From a virus (Duplodnaviria; Caudoviricetes), in the IMG/VR virus record IMGVR_UViG_3300007512_000043, positions 1-57,433 of that record: DNA of 57,433 nt; one strand, given 5' to 3'. Positions 28,961 through 40,900 of the stretch are shown piece after piece; within the stretch, counting starts at the first letter, position 1; each line of letters opens with the position of its first letter. Made by a program: the position numbers and the translations under genes. The notes below the pieces were generated by a model. It saw nothing but the letters and a program-made list of their open reading frames with translations. It searched no databases and was not told where the DNA came from.

Positions 28961-31900
28961 ATGCCACAAGGTACATATCCTTCATTAAACTATGGCGGCC
29001 AACGCAGGAGACAGTCTGGCCCAAGGCCCCGTGTGTCAGGGGCATACATGCCCTTTACCAGCTATGAAGATTTTGACGCATACAGCAAGAAGCTATCTGA
29101 AGCACAACAAGCCTATAAGGATTACGAGGACTACTTAAAATCCATAGAGGATGAAAGGGAGCGCGAGAGGCAAAGGCGCAGGAAGATCATTGAGGACCCG
29201 GAGTACGCCAAGCTCTACTCTGAGAGGTACAGGGTAGGTCAGGAGAATCTAAAAGACACCCCGTCTAGGGTCGCAGCTCATCTGGAACAGGGCATTAAGT
29301 CCACCGGGGAATCTCTTTACAAGCAGTACACTGAAGCCTACGAGGCTTCAGCCTACCTGTTAGGAGCGGATTACGAACGCCTGAAAGAACTTAGGGAAGA
29401 GCGCAAGGCTGCTGAGCAGATGATGGAGGAGCAGAAGGCCGAGCGTCTCAAGGGTATACGCGGTGGGTCAGGTTCTGAGTTTGCATATGAAGCAGGTCAG
29501 GCGGCAGCACAAGAGGCCCCGTTCCTTGCTGCCTCAGCCGGAACAGGAAGAATTGTTTCTGGCACAGTAAAGAAGGGACTTGAGAAGAGCGCGGCAAAGA
29601 AGGCTGTTGCCGTAGAGGCTGCGCTTAAGGAGGCTCCAGTGAGTGCAGCAGGTAGGGCTTCAGCAATGGAAGCTCAAAGGGTTAGTGCTGCCGAGAGGAT
29701 TGCCAAGCTTACAGAGAAGACAAACAGGCAGGCGTCTGTTGCCACAATGGGCGCGATACACGGTGACAGGAAGTTTTCATCATCAAGTGCTGCAAATTAT
29801 GACATCATGTATCCTCAGGTGTATTCTGCGCTTGAGGCCCAGAATCGTGATGGGGAGTTCTCGCCAAAAGAACTGGCTAGAATGGCTGATGAGCAGACCC
29901 GTGAAATAGCAATTGCTCCCTCTCTTGCAGCAGGTGCTGCAACCACGGCGCTTGTTACAACATTTGGAGCCACTGGTGTTGAGTCACTGTTTGCAAACAC
30001 TGCATCTAGGATAACCGCTAGGAACGCAATCTCAACCCTTGGTAAGGGATTTGGGTTTGAGTTCACAGAGGAAGGTGCTGATCAGTTTATAGAGCAGGTT
30101 ATACAGAAGCACACACTAAGAGAGGACAGGCCTTGGGAAGATATAATAAGCGAAACGTGGCATGCCGCAACCATTGGCGGTGTTGTTGGCGTCAAGTACT
30201 CAGGCATTGGCTTGGTTGCTCGCGCACCCAAGGAGGTCGACCTGCGCTGGAGAGAGAGGCAGGGCAGGAAAGCACTGGAGAGGATTCAAAGTAGGGACTT
30301 CTTCATCAGCTACATCAAGGAGCAAAACCCTGAACTAAGCGATGAAGTCGTAAGGGAAAAGGCAAGGGAGCTGGCTGATGGGGTTGCTGACATCAAGGAG
30401 AGGGCGAGACTCAGGTCATCCGGTGCAACAGAAGAAGAGATTGAGGATCAGTCTGCAATAAATCAGTTAATTTCCGAAGACCAGCTTGACCAGCTTGAGA
30501 GCGAAGGTGTGGATGTTAGTGATGAGAGAACCAAGAACGTCGAGCTTAAGGTGTTTTATGACAGGGGTGTAACTGCTGCTCAAACGAATGAGAATGCAGA
30601 GGATATAATAGAGGAGATTGAGAGAGACTATGGAGCTGTTGCCGCCACTAAATTCGCAGAAGGGTTTAACCAAACTAAAGCCACGGACGAGCTATCAGAG
30701 CCTGAAGTTGGAGAGGAACAAGCGGAGCCTGAGACAGTACCGGCAGAGGAACCGACCGGGCCGGATATTGAGGCACCAGTTGATGTCGATGTTGAGGAAG
30801 AGAAGCCGGAGGTTCCGTTAGAAGGGGAAGAAAAACTTGAAGCTCTGGCCAAAGAATATTGGGAGGCGGGAGAAGCAGAGAGCTTTAAATCCGCCAGACC
30901 GATTATAAAGGAGTTCGATGAGCTGGCAGAGGAGCTGGGGTACGACCACATGGATCGCATCGTGGAAGAAGATAGCGTATTAGCTGAGATTTTTTACAAG
31001 CACGCCCCGGAACATCAGAAGCCAGCTCTAGAAGAGGCAGAGAAAGGGGCAGCACCAGCGCCCGAGCCTGCCCCTGAGCCTGTTGCGGAGCCTGAGCCTG
31101 CGCCCGAGCCCGCTCCTGAGCCAGAACCAACAGAAGCAGAAGCGGAGACTGCCGAAGCGCCGGGCACAGAACGAACAGACCTTACCGGGGTTAAGGAAGG
31201 CGACATTATTAATCTGTTTGACCCTAGAGGTCGCCCAGTGCCTCGCGAAGTTACGGCTATTAATGCGGATTCGACCACGGTGACAACAAAGGAACCCGGC
31301 AATCCAGATGATCCCGGCAGTTCCATATCAGATGAAGGTATATACAGCACAATATCTACTAAGTCAGAGGATTTCGAGATAGGTACAATTGAGGGCAGCC
31401 CTCCTGTTAGTTCCTTAACAGATGAAGAACTTCAACATGCACTTGGCAGGCAGCAGGAGATCATAGACTCCAAGAAAAAACACGGGCAGCCGTATGAGTG
31501 GGTTGCAAGAAACTACAATGCCATTAAATATGAGCAGAGGCGCAGGGCTGAAGAGCCCGAGACTGAAATAGGCATTGAGAGTCAGTTGTCCGAGTCCCCA
31601 TCCGACGAAGCTTTCTTTGGCCCTCCCGATCTTCGACAGCCCGGCCAACCAACTCCACCGGCAGAAGAAAAGCCACTGCCTGTAAACATGATTCCTTACA
31701 CGGAATCAAAGTACAATTCTAAGACACAGACGTTTGACAAGGTAAAGGGCGAGTCCGAGTATGTAAGCCTTAACGGTCGCTTCATAAAGCTGGTTGACGT
31801 AAACGGAATCAAGGTTCCGTTCTACCTGTCCACTGGCAGGGCAGGAAAGGAAAATGTACCAGAAGGTAAATGGTACCCCATCTTTGGTGTATCTACCGCA

Positions 31901-34900
31901 ACGGGCTGGCTTAATAAGGGTACTCAGTCACAGATTCTGGATTATTATGGCAGCCCAGCTCTCCGGGATGCAGCTAAAAAGCTGGACGATGAAGTCGGAG
32001 ACATAAGGGCAGCGGATGTCCCACGGCTGGCAAGCGGGATGACGAAGAGAAAGGGCAAGAAAGGATGGTCAGACCCTTCAACGCTTGAGGCTATAGAATT
32101 TATCAATAACGCCCTAGGGGTAACGGCCCTGAAAAGGGATGAGGCCCTGAAAAAGGATGATGATGGGGTTAAGGGAATAGACAAAAACATTAGGACAGTT
32201 CTGTCTGCCATCGAGGGTGAATCATCACCTACGGAAAGCAAGGGGCAGGTGGTTTTTAATGCACTCGCAGCGGCAGGTGACCTTATTAATCCAGAGCTGG
32301 TTGGGCGAGGCACACTTGAAGGTGAGGCTTTGTCGCTTGGCAGCATGCTTGAAGGCCGGGATGAGACGGAGCCCCCTCCCGGTTTCTCATATGACCGCAA
32401 CTTCAACTTGGTTCCGCTTAAGCCGGGCGAGAAGAGGGAGCCAGTAAGAATTGAGGTCAAACGCGAGAACCTTAAGATACCACCAAACAACTTGCTCATT
32501 ATCGGGTCGCATATCAAACGAACGACAGGCAGAGGAAGAGGGGGTGTTGAGTACCACAAGAGCATTGATGGTTTCCTTCCATCGGGTCACAAGGCAGAGG
32601 AAGTTCTACTTCCGTTCAGGTTTGCTGGGGAGAACAGGCCTATGGCCTTTATTAGGTACAACAAGGAGGGTGGAAAGATACAAGTTGGGTACTTTGTTAG
32701 GTCTGCCGGGCCTAGCCCATTTAGATTTAAGCCAACTCACACATTAAAAAACTCTGAGAGGTATGAGTACAGGACGCCCAACGGCACCCTGAAGGGGTTT
32801 AAGATTCCAACATCGCTGACAACGAGTAAGGCGATAGTAAACGAAAAGAACTGGGAGCGACTTCCAAGTAAGTACTCAGGGAAACTTGAGAGAGCAGAGG
32901 CAGCGGCAACACCTGACTCTCACCTCATACGCAGATTTATAGATCACATCTCCAGCCCGGTGCTTAAGCGCCAGCTAAACCTAATGTGGAACAACGGGTT
33001 GGACAGGTGGAAAAACCCACAAGGAAGCATAGACGAGGGCGTTATCCCGCCTATGCTCAGCTTGGAGGGGATTGCTGCAACAATACTTGTAGCCAACCAG
33101 TTTAAGAAGGGAACCGGGAGCAAGAGAGGGAAGTACGCGAGAACACTCATCTCGACAGGGAAGATGGAGGAGCTTGCCAACTCTTTTGAGAGCGCAATCA
33201 AAACCCTAAGGAACTCGGATTCGTACACAAAGACGGTTTTAAACGACAAGGGGACCCCAAAGAAAACAGTCAACGCCCTTCTCAGGAGGCACGACCTGCT
33301 ACTGAGGGCAACCAAGGGGCTTTCCCCGGGGCAGACTCAGGAATTGATCAGCAAATGGGAAGAGGAGCAGGTCAAGTCCACGGCAGAGTTTGATGTTAAG
33401 CAGTTTCTTAACGCAATGGAGATGGTTGCAGCCATCAACAAGACACACAAGGCAAGGGAACTAACCCTGAATGACATCATATTTGTTGATAAGGGTCAGG
33501 CTGATGAGTACTTCACTGGAGCCGTATTCACGCCTGACCAAAGGGGCCAAAGCCGGGCGTACCAAGTAGCCATAGGCAAGGCACCGCCACGGGTAAAGAA
33601 GATAGAAGATGTTACTGCTGAAGTTGTCTCCGACAGGGAAGTAAAGACAACTACTGTAGATGAAGATGGAGCCCTTAAAGATGAGGGTTATGCCAGAGCT
33701 TACGGGATTGAGATAACCGACTCCAACAGGATTCCGCTTAGCGTCTTGGTCAAGGGGCTCAAGGAGCTGATGCCCGATATAGACTTCAGCACTCAGGAGC
33801 TCCCAGACGGCACTGGCCGGGGCACCGAGAAGACAGAGGTTGAGAGAATAAAGTTTGACGTAGACCCAACGCAAAAGAAAAAGACTGGAACATCATTTAT
33901 GGATGTTACTGGTGGAAAAGGAGGGGCGAAGACTACAACCGCAAGAGCCAAGAGGGCCATCCCCGGTAGGGTAATCAAAAGAACACAGCTTAACCTTACA
34001 CCCCTGAACCCTGAAGCACTTACAGAGGAAAAACTTCTCACGGTAAGGGCTGCAATTAAATTTATAAGCAAGAAGGCATCCAGAATTAAGGACTTCCAGC
34101 CGTCAGCACGATGGACGGCAGCCAATAAGAAAAAGCTGAAGCTTGAGAGGCTGAAGGCAAAGAAGGACTTCAACGATAAGCTGAAGAAATTTTGGAACGC
34201 CAGCGAGGATGAGCTTGCCGACCTTGCGAAGAAGGAGGAGACACAGTTCTTTAAGGACATAGCCCGGTGGCTGCTTCAGCCTAACTCCAAGAAGGGGACA
34301 ACATGGGCGCAGTTCATTAAAAACAACAGCACGACAGATGCTGTTGGCGGCATAAAGAGGGGGCCTGACCTTACGAAAGCTGAAAAGGCTTACCTTAGCA
34401 GGGGCCTGACCATCAAGGAAACCAAGTTGCTGCAAGAGGAGGGAGGCTCTGAAGCTGATTGGGCAGGCATGCTTACGGCTGGCAAGATTCAGAGCTATGC
34501 AAGCGATCAATTAGCAGGCGTCCTGAAGGAAGGAGAGGAGAAACCGGAAGCAACACAAGGGTTCCTTCCGTTGACAACGCCAGACGCCGGGCCACCGGAT
34601 ATTGTAACAGAGGAAATTCACTTGGTGAAGGATCAGCTTAAGGACAGGGTTAAGAAGTTCAGGCTGGATGGCAGGCAGTTCTACATTATTGATACGACTG
34701 GCAAAGAGGACTTGGGCTTTTGGTATACGTTCAACGCAAAGGAGGCAACCAAGGAGGAGTTCGGCGGGTACGGCACAGGGGAAGACTGGGTTCAACTGCC
34801 GATGAGCGAGGTTAAGACAGAGCTGCAAGCAAAGAACAGGATTCTTGATCAGGTAAACAAGTCCAATGACAACCTCAGCGTTCTTGGAATGGCTGCGCTT

Positions 34901-37900
34901 ATCGATTCATCCTTGGCCAGCAAGGCGCAGGAAATCCAGCAGGCAGTCCCGATTGAAAAATATGAGGCAGGGGAGGCCGAGTATGCGTACACGCGGTACT
35001 CGACTGCTGAGCATTTAACTCAGGAGCAGTTGGTCACTAGGGAGATAGAGCCTGAGCACCCAGATGACGCAGGGGTAATTAACAAAAAACTTAAGGCTGA
35101 GAGTGAGGCTGTAAGGCTTTCCAGAGAGAAGGCGTTCAAGGAGATGGCTAGGCTTACCCCTGTCGACAGAAGGAAGATGCTCAAACACACAGAGGCTGTG
35201 TCCTTTAAGTGGCAAGACAAGCCTCAGGAGAGGATTCCAATGCCGGAGCCAAGCCAGAAGGTGCACAGGCAAAAGGAGGATGATGCAGGGCCAAGGCGCA
35301 TATATGAAATAAACAACGCTGGTCGGCTTGTTAATATTCCCAAGAGTAATTTATTCAACAACGCTTGGCGAAAGAGGAACGGACTTAAACTTGTTGAGTT
35401 CAGTGACGGGAAGTGGTGGCACGTTATTGGGGGGCCGGTGGTTCACACCAAGATGAGTGGGCCTAGGGTAACAACTGCTGCTTCTGAGGAGGTTCTCGAC
35501 AGGATGGCTGCAACAGCCCCGGTTACCCACGGGGAGAGGATGAGGCAGACTAGACTGAATCAGCCGCCGCCAAGCAGTGTAGTTGACCCGGGCAGAGATT
35601 TCGAAGGGAACACATTTACCCTGACTGAAGAGGGAGGGAAGAAGGTTCAGTCTATCCTTAACACATATACCAATACCCGTGAGTTCCTTGAGGAGATGGC
35701 AGACCGAATTGCTGACTACGGCAAGGGAGAGTTGGCCCATCAGCTTACTAAATTTGCAGAGGCTGGTCGCCCGGGACAACCATCAATTCATTTTAAGGAC
35801 CGTATCAAAAATCCTGCTGGCCGAGATGCCCTGAAGAGCTGGGCCAAGCGCGTGTCACCGGAAAAGTGGCAAGCAGTTGCTCATTACGCAGAGGAAATAC
35901 TTCTTACGGCTAACACTGGTGGCAGGGCGAATAGGTTCAGGGTAAGGGTAGAACAGGCAGAGAGAATCGGCCCGGTGATCCCCACTGATCTTCCTTGGGC
36001 GCAAGGGAAGAAACAGCTTAAGGACTTAATCAGCCGAAAGGACAACGGCCTAACCGATGAGGCGAGGGAGAAGGCGCTTAGGATAATAAACGAGATTGAT
36101 TCAGAGTTGCTGGACAATCTTTCCCTTAGGATAGGGGCAAGGTTGAACTCCAACGGGGACACAGAAGTGGATATCGTTGGTGAGTTCAACACTCTTGGCA
36201 ATCTCATTACACTTGCTGGCGATGTCAGTGTCGATCCAGATGTTCTGCTTGAGGAGATAGCCCACTTCACAGCTAGGGTCCTGCCTGAAAAACTTAGGAA
36301 CGAGGCCCGGGGGCTGCACAAGGCTGCGCTTGATGATGCGTTTAAGAAGAGCCAAGCCACCCCCGTAATGGCGAAGCATCCTCGTACTGAGGAAAAAATA
36401 ATTCAAGTCCGCCGTTGGGCGGCCAAGCACGTCTTGGTTCGCAAGGTGCTTGAGAAAATCAGAAAGGGTGAGGACGGTCAGTTAACCAGTGACGAGTACA
36501 GGGCTGTCCTACCTAGAATCGGTGACCTTGTCTCAGGCACAGGGAAAATGTCTGATACCGTGTCCGTTGATGCCGAGATGCTGGAAGATATTGTGAGGGA
36601 AACATATCATCTTGCAAACCCGGATGAGTTTTATGCCAACGCAATGGTCACAAGGGTTGGTGACTCCACATTTGATCGTGCCCGTGGGTTCCTCAAGAAC
36701 ATTCTTCGCGCAATAACTAGAGTGTTCTCCGGCAAGAGTGAAAGCGAAAAGGTTGATGACTTTGTAAGGAGGGCGCTTAAAGCACTAGCCAATCCTGATA
36801 AGCGCAACAAGGATATGCGAGGCATGCTTATGCGCCGCAACATTCTTGCGAAGGGAATGCGTGTGTTAAGCAGGGCTGATCGACTAAGGGATGCTGTGCT
36901 TGCGCTGAACGAAAGGGCGCAGGCAGCCGATGATCTCGGCAATACAGAAACGGCTGCTCGCCGCAGGGATGAGGTGAAGAGGCTTGTGTCTCAGGCGTCA
37001 GCAATCACGAATATATTTGATAAGGTTATAAGGAGGATAGCCCCTGACTTGTCTCCCAATAGCAAGGTTTGGGGGATGGTCAACATGCGTGACATAGATT
37101 TTGTTAACGATCTCCTTGAGGTGTTTCCGTCAGAGAGCGAGTACAGAAAGGTACTTGAAAAGTTTGCCTCGGATGGAAGGCATGAGCTTGGTCAAGCCAC
37201 TGCACTGTATGCAATGCACATGATACAGGAGATGGAGAGAGTTGCTAGGACACTGACCGAGAGGGCGGAAAAGAGATCAAAGGATGTAAGGGGCAAGAAC
37301 TTCCTGAAGTCGCTGACAGAATTTGCAAAGAAAGTAGGAGACAGCGCAGTAACCGGCAAAACCAAGGCTGATCTTACATCTGAAATAAAAGATGTCATCA
37401 GTATAGCAGCTACCGAGTTTGCCGAAACCGGGGACATTCGCGGACTGCTTGGTGGTGAGTTTGTGAGGGTTGCAAGTGAGGATGCAATACAGGCAGCACA
37501 GGACAAGGCCGGGATGATAGCCGCGAATATGGAGCAGATAGCCACCATCCTCACTGAAACAGCAGATGGTAGGGAGCTCCTCAACAGGGACGATATCAGT
37601 GAGGAAGCAACTGAGGAGGAGAGCCTGTCAATAACGGGAGAGCAGCTTGAGACTATCGCGCATGACATTTATCAGATTGTGGATTCTGTTCTGGCGGCAA
37701 ATCAAACCCCGATAGATATGATGCCTGACGATGAGCAGATTGCTTGGAGGGTTGCTGCTGGATTGTTTGCAGGTAATAAGAAAGCTAGGGAACACGCCAC
37801 GGTTTCGTCCTTCGGTGAGGAGGATGCGGAAATTTACAAGCGGGCTGTAGAAGAAGTTGCAAAGCTAAGGGATGGCTTGGAAAGCGGAAAGCTCAACAGT

Positions 37901-40900
37901 CAGAGCGCCTTTGACTCCTTTTCTGGGGATATGGACCTCCTGTTAGAGGAGGGGAAGCTTGCCTATGTTGCGCGTTATGCAATCAGATCGCCAATGCGAA
38001 GGATCAAGGACGCGCTCGACCACCGTAAGGCGGCTGATCTAGCAAGGGCCGTGATGAATGACCCTGAAATGCTGGACTACCGGCGGCAGGTTGGGATAGA
38101 TGCAAAGGTTGACGATGTTCCTGACCTGCTTGGTGATACTTTCTATGAGCAGTTTGTTAATGGTGAGGTAATCATTCCAGTCCCCCCAACTGATCTTGTT
38201 GAGGAGTTCGATCCAGATGGCAGGCTAAAGAGAGGGAAGGAACCCAATGTGAGGAAGTTCAGGTTCTTTACCGGCAAGGAAGAGGGAGCCAAAGAGAACC
38301 TGCTGGCTGCGTATGAGGCCGCAATAGACATTCAGAAGTGGCTGGATCAAGAGCTCAAGAAGACAACTCCTGTGATTGATGCTGAAACAGGGCTGCCTAT
38401 GCTTGACGAAAAGGGGGACGTTATTATGGACGACGCCCCGTTAAGTCCGTACTGGAATTTTTACTGGAACACTCTTCAGCAGTTACAGGCAGGGTTCCTT
38501 CATGACGCAGTGTGGAACGCGCCGGACGACATGAACCAGAGGGGTATGTTCAGGAATACATACTTCGGTGTTCTTCGCCACCTAGTTTCAGGCACGCCAA
38601 CAAGGGCAATGAAGATTGCATCCCGGTACGTTGATAAGCATGAGATGTACTACGTTCTGTTTGACTCATGGAAGGCAAACTTCAAGGCACCTTGGGCAAA
38701 CAAGTTACTGGATGCGGCAAAGTCTAGGCCGGGCAGGTTTGCGCTGGACGTTGGTGGCATCGGGCTAAGATGGGAAGAGCTAAAAGCTTGGGCTCAGGTA
38801 AGCAAGGATGCTCAGGTTGCCAAGGGTGTTGCAAACTGGGAGAGAACAATAGGCAGGCACCTCCGCGAAAGCTGGCAGGAAGGAGGTCAGGAGATTGGCG
38901 TAGGCGAGTTGCTTCCCAATGGTGAAATTGTAACCAAGGAAGATATGGCCCTCATTGACTTTGAGTTCAAGATGGCCAATGAGGCTTACGAGATTAACGA
39001 GCTTATAACTGACATCGACGAGAGCGTTCAGCCCCTGAGGGTAAACGACCAGACGGTCAAGACACTCAGAAGAAGGGCGCTAAAGCGAGGCAAGAAGATG
39101 CTTCCAAGGAGGTTCAGCACAAACGGGAGGAGCCTTGTCAGCAGGTGGAACAGGTTGAAGGATGATCTCAAGGGGGCTGATCTTTTTGATGCGGTATTCA
39201 GGAACGGCGAGGAGGGGTTCGAGGCAATGGTTTCATTCCTTAATGACAGGGACCCTGAGTGGATAACGGCACCAACCGAAGACGAGGAGGGCCGATTGAA
39301 ACCAAGGCCCGGCTCACCGAACGAGCATCTTTACAGCATTGTCGCTCAAGAGATACAGCAAAACGGCCCCGAGATGGAGCACACAACGAATGCTGTAATA
39401 AAGCTGCTGGCAGAGAAGGGCAGCCGAGGTGCCGATGATGTGAAAGTGGCCATCATGAACGAGCTTGAAGGGTCGCTTACAAATCTGAACAGGAGGATCA
39501 ACCCACCAGAGAAGGATGCGATGCTGGTTCAGCTTAACCACTCAAGCGGCCACTCCCCAATGACTGACGCGAGACAGGATAAGCTTGGCCCAAGCTTCTT
39601 CTACACGCACGGGTTTAACCACGAGGCTGAGGTCCAAAGCTTTACCAGTTCACTCCAGCTACCTGTTGCGAACGGGGTTATTAATGCACTGCGTTCAGCA
39701 TCTAGGGACTTGAATGATTTTATAAACAAGGGTGGCATCAAGGAGGCAATTGACGACGCTGTTGAAAAGCTGTACGGAAACAAAAAGAACCCGAACAAGT
39801 ACAGGTACAGCAACAAGGTCCTAAAGGAAGTAAGGAAGGAGCTTGGCATTGATACCGGGAGCAAGAACAACCCAGAGGTAGACATCTTCAACACAATCGT
39901 AGCTATTGACTCATTCACAAGGGACTATGAAGATGTTTACGGGGCAGGTTACAAGGACTTTACTGTTGACTTGATGCCTAAGCTTGGTCGCCGGGTTTGG
40001 TCTTCAATTGTTGGAGGCATCCTTGGGAACACAATGACTGCGATGCGTAACGTCTCGGAGACAGCCATTGGTGCAACCATAAACGTGCAGAGCCTCACTG
40101 GCGGAACGGGATTGCAGGCTGCGATGGCTGTCATTACTCGCGGGTATCTTGTTCACGCGCTAAAGCTTGGAGGCTCCCTAGCCAAGAGCTTGCTTAAGTT
40201 GTCGGTCTATCCGGTTGGAGGATTCAAGCAGGACAAATTTGTTCCGTTACTGCCCCTGCGTAGCGCAGTCACTAGCGGCTGGTGGCACCAGAAATACAGG
40301 AAGGGCCTCAAGCAGAAGTTAATGGGGATTAAGCCTGACATTACGATGCTAATTCAAGGGCTCTTTGATCCTATGATTGTTGAGCTTGCTCAGGTAATGC
40401 CAAGGAGAATTAATGAGCATAAGATTTTAGAAAGGCAGGGGCTTGGGATGCCAATCACCCCAACAGAAACGATGCTGAACTTCGGCCAGCTTCGTGAGAT
40501 GGGTGGGAGGATAATGGACGAGGTGTCTGCGGAGGAAACCAGCTCCTCCAATCCAGTTGCGGCCCTATGGAACCGGGGACTGTACAACTTGGTTGGACAT
40601 TGGGAGTCCTACATTGCGCTCTGGTTTAGACCGACGCTTCCAAGGATTGGGGACTTAGCGGCCAATAACATAATGGCTTCAATGGGTCATTATGTTGGGC
40701 ACAACCTAGAACGAAAGGCTCGGCTGGCCTTTGGCAGCAGGATGAAGAACAAGGTGGCCCTTGATGAGGACATAACCCCACAGGAGTTGGTGGGTAACTT
40801 CCTAGGTTTACTTGAGGCTAACAGGGTTACTTGGAATAATGTTGAGGAGTTCCTGTCTCAGGCTGGTGTTACAAACTTTAAGGATCAGGTAAGGAAGTTC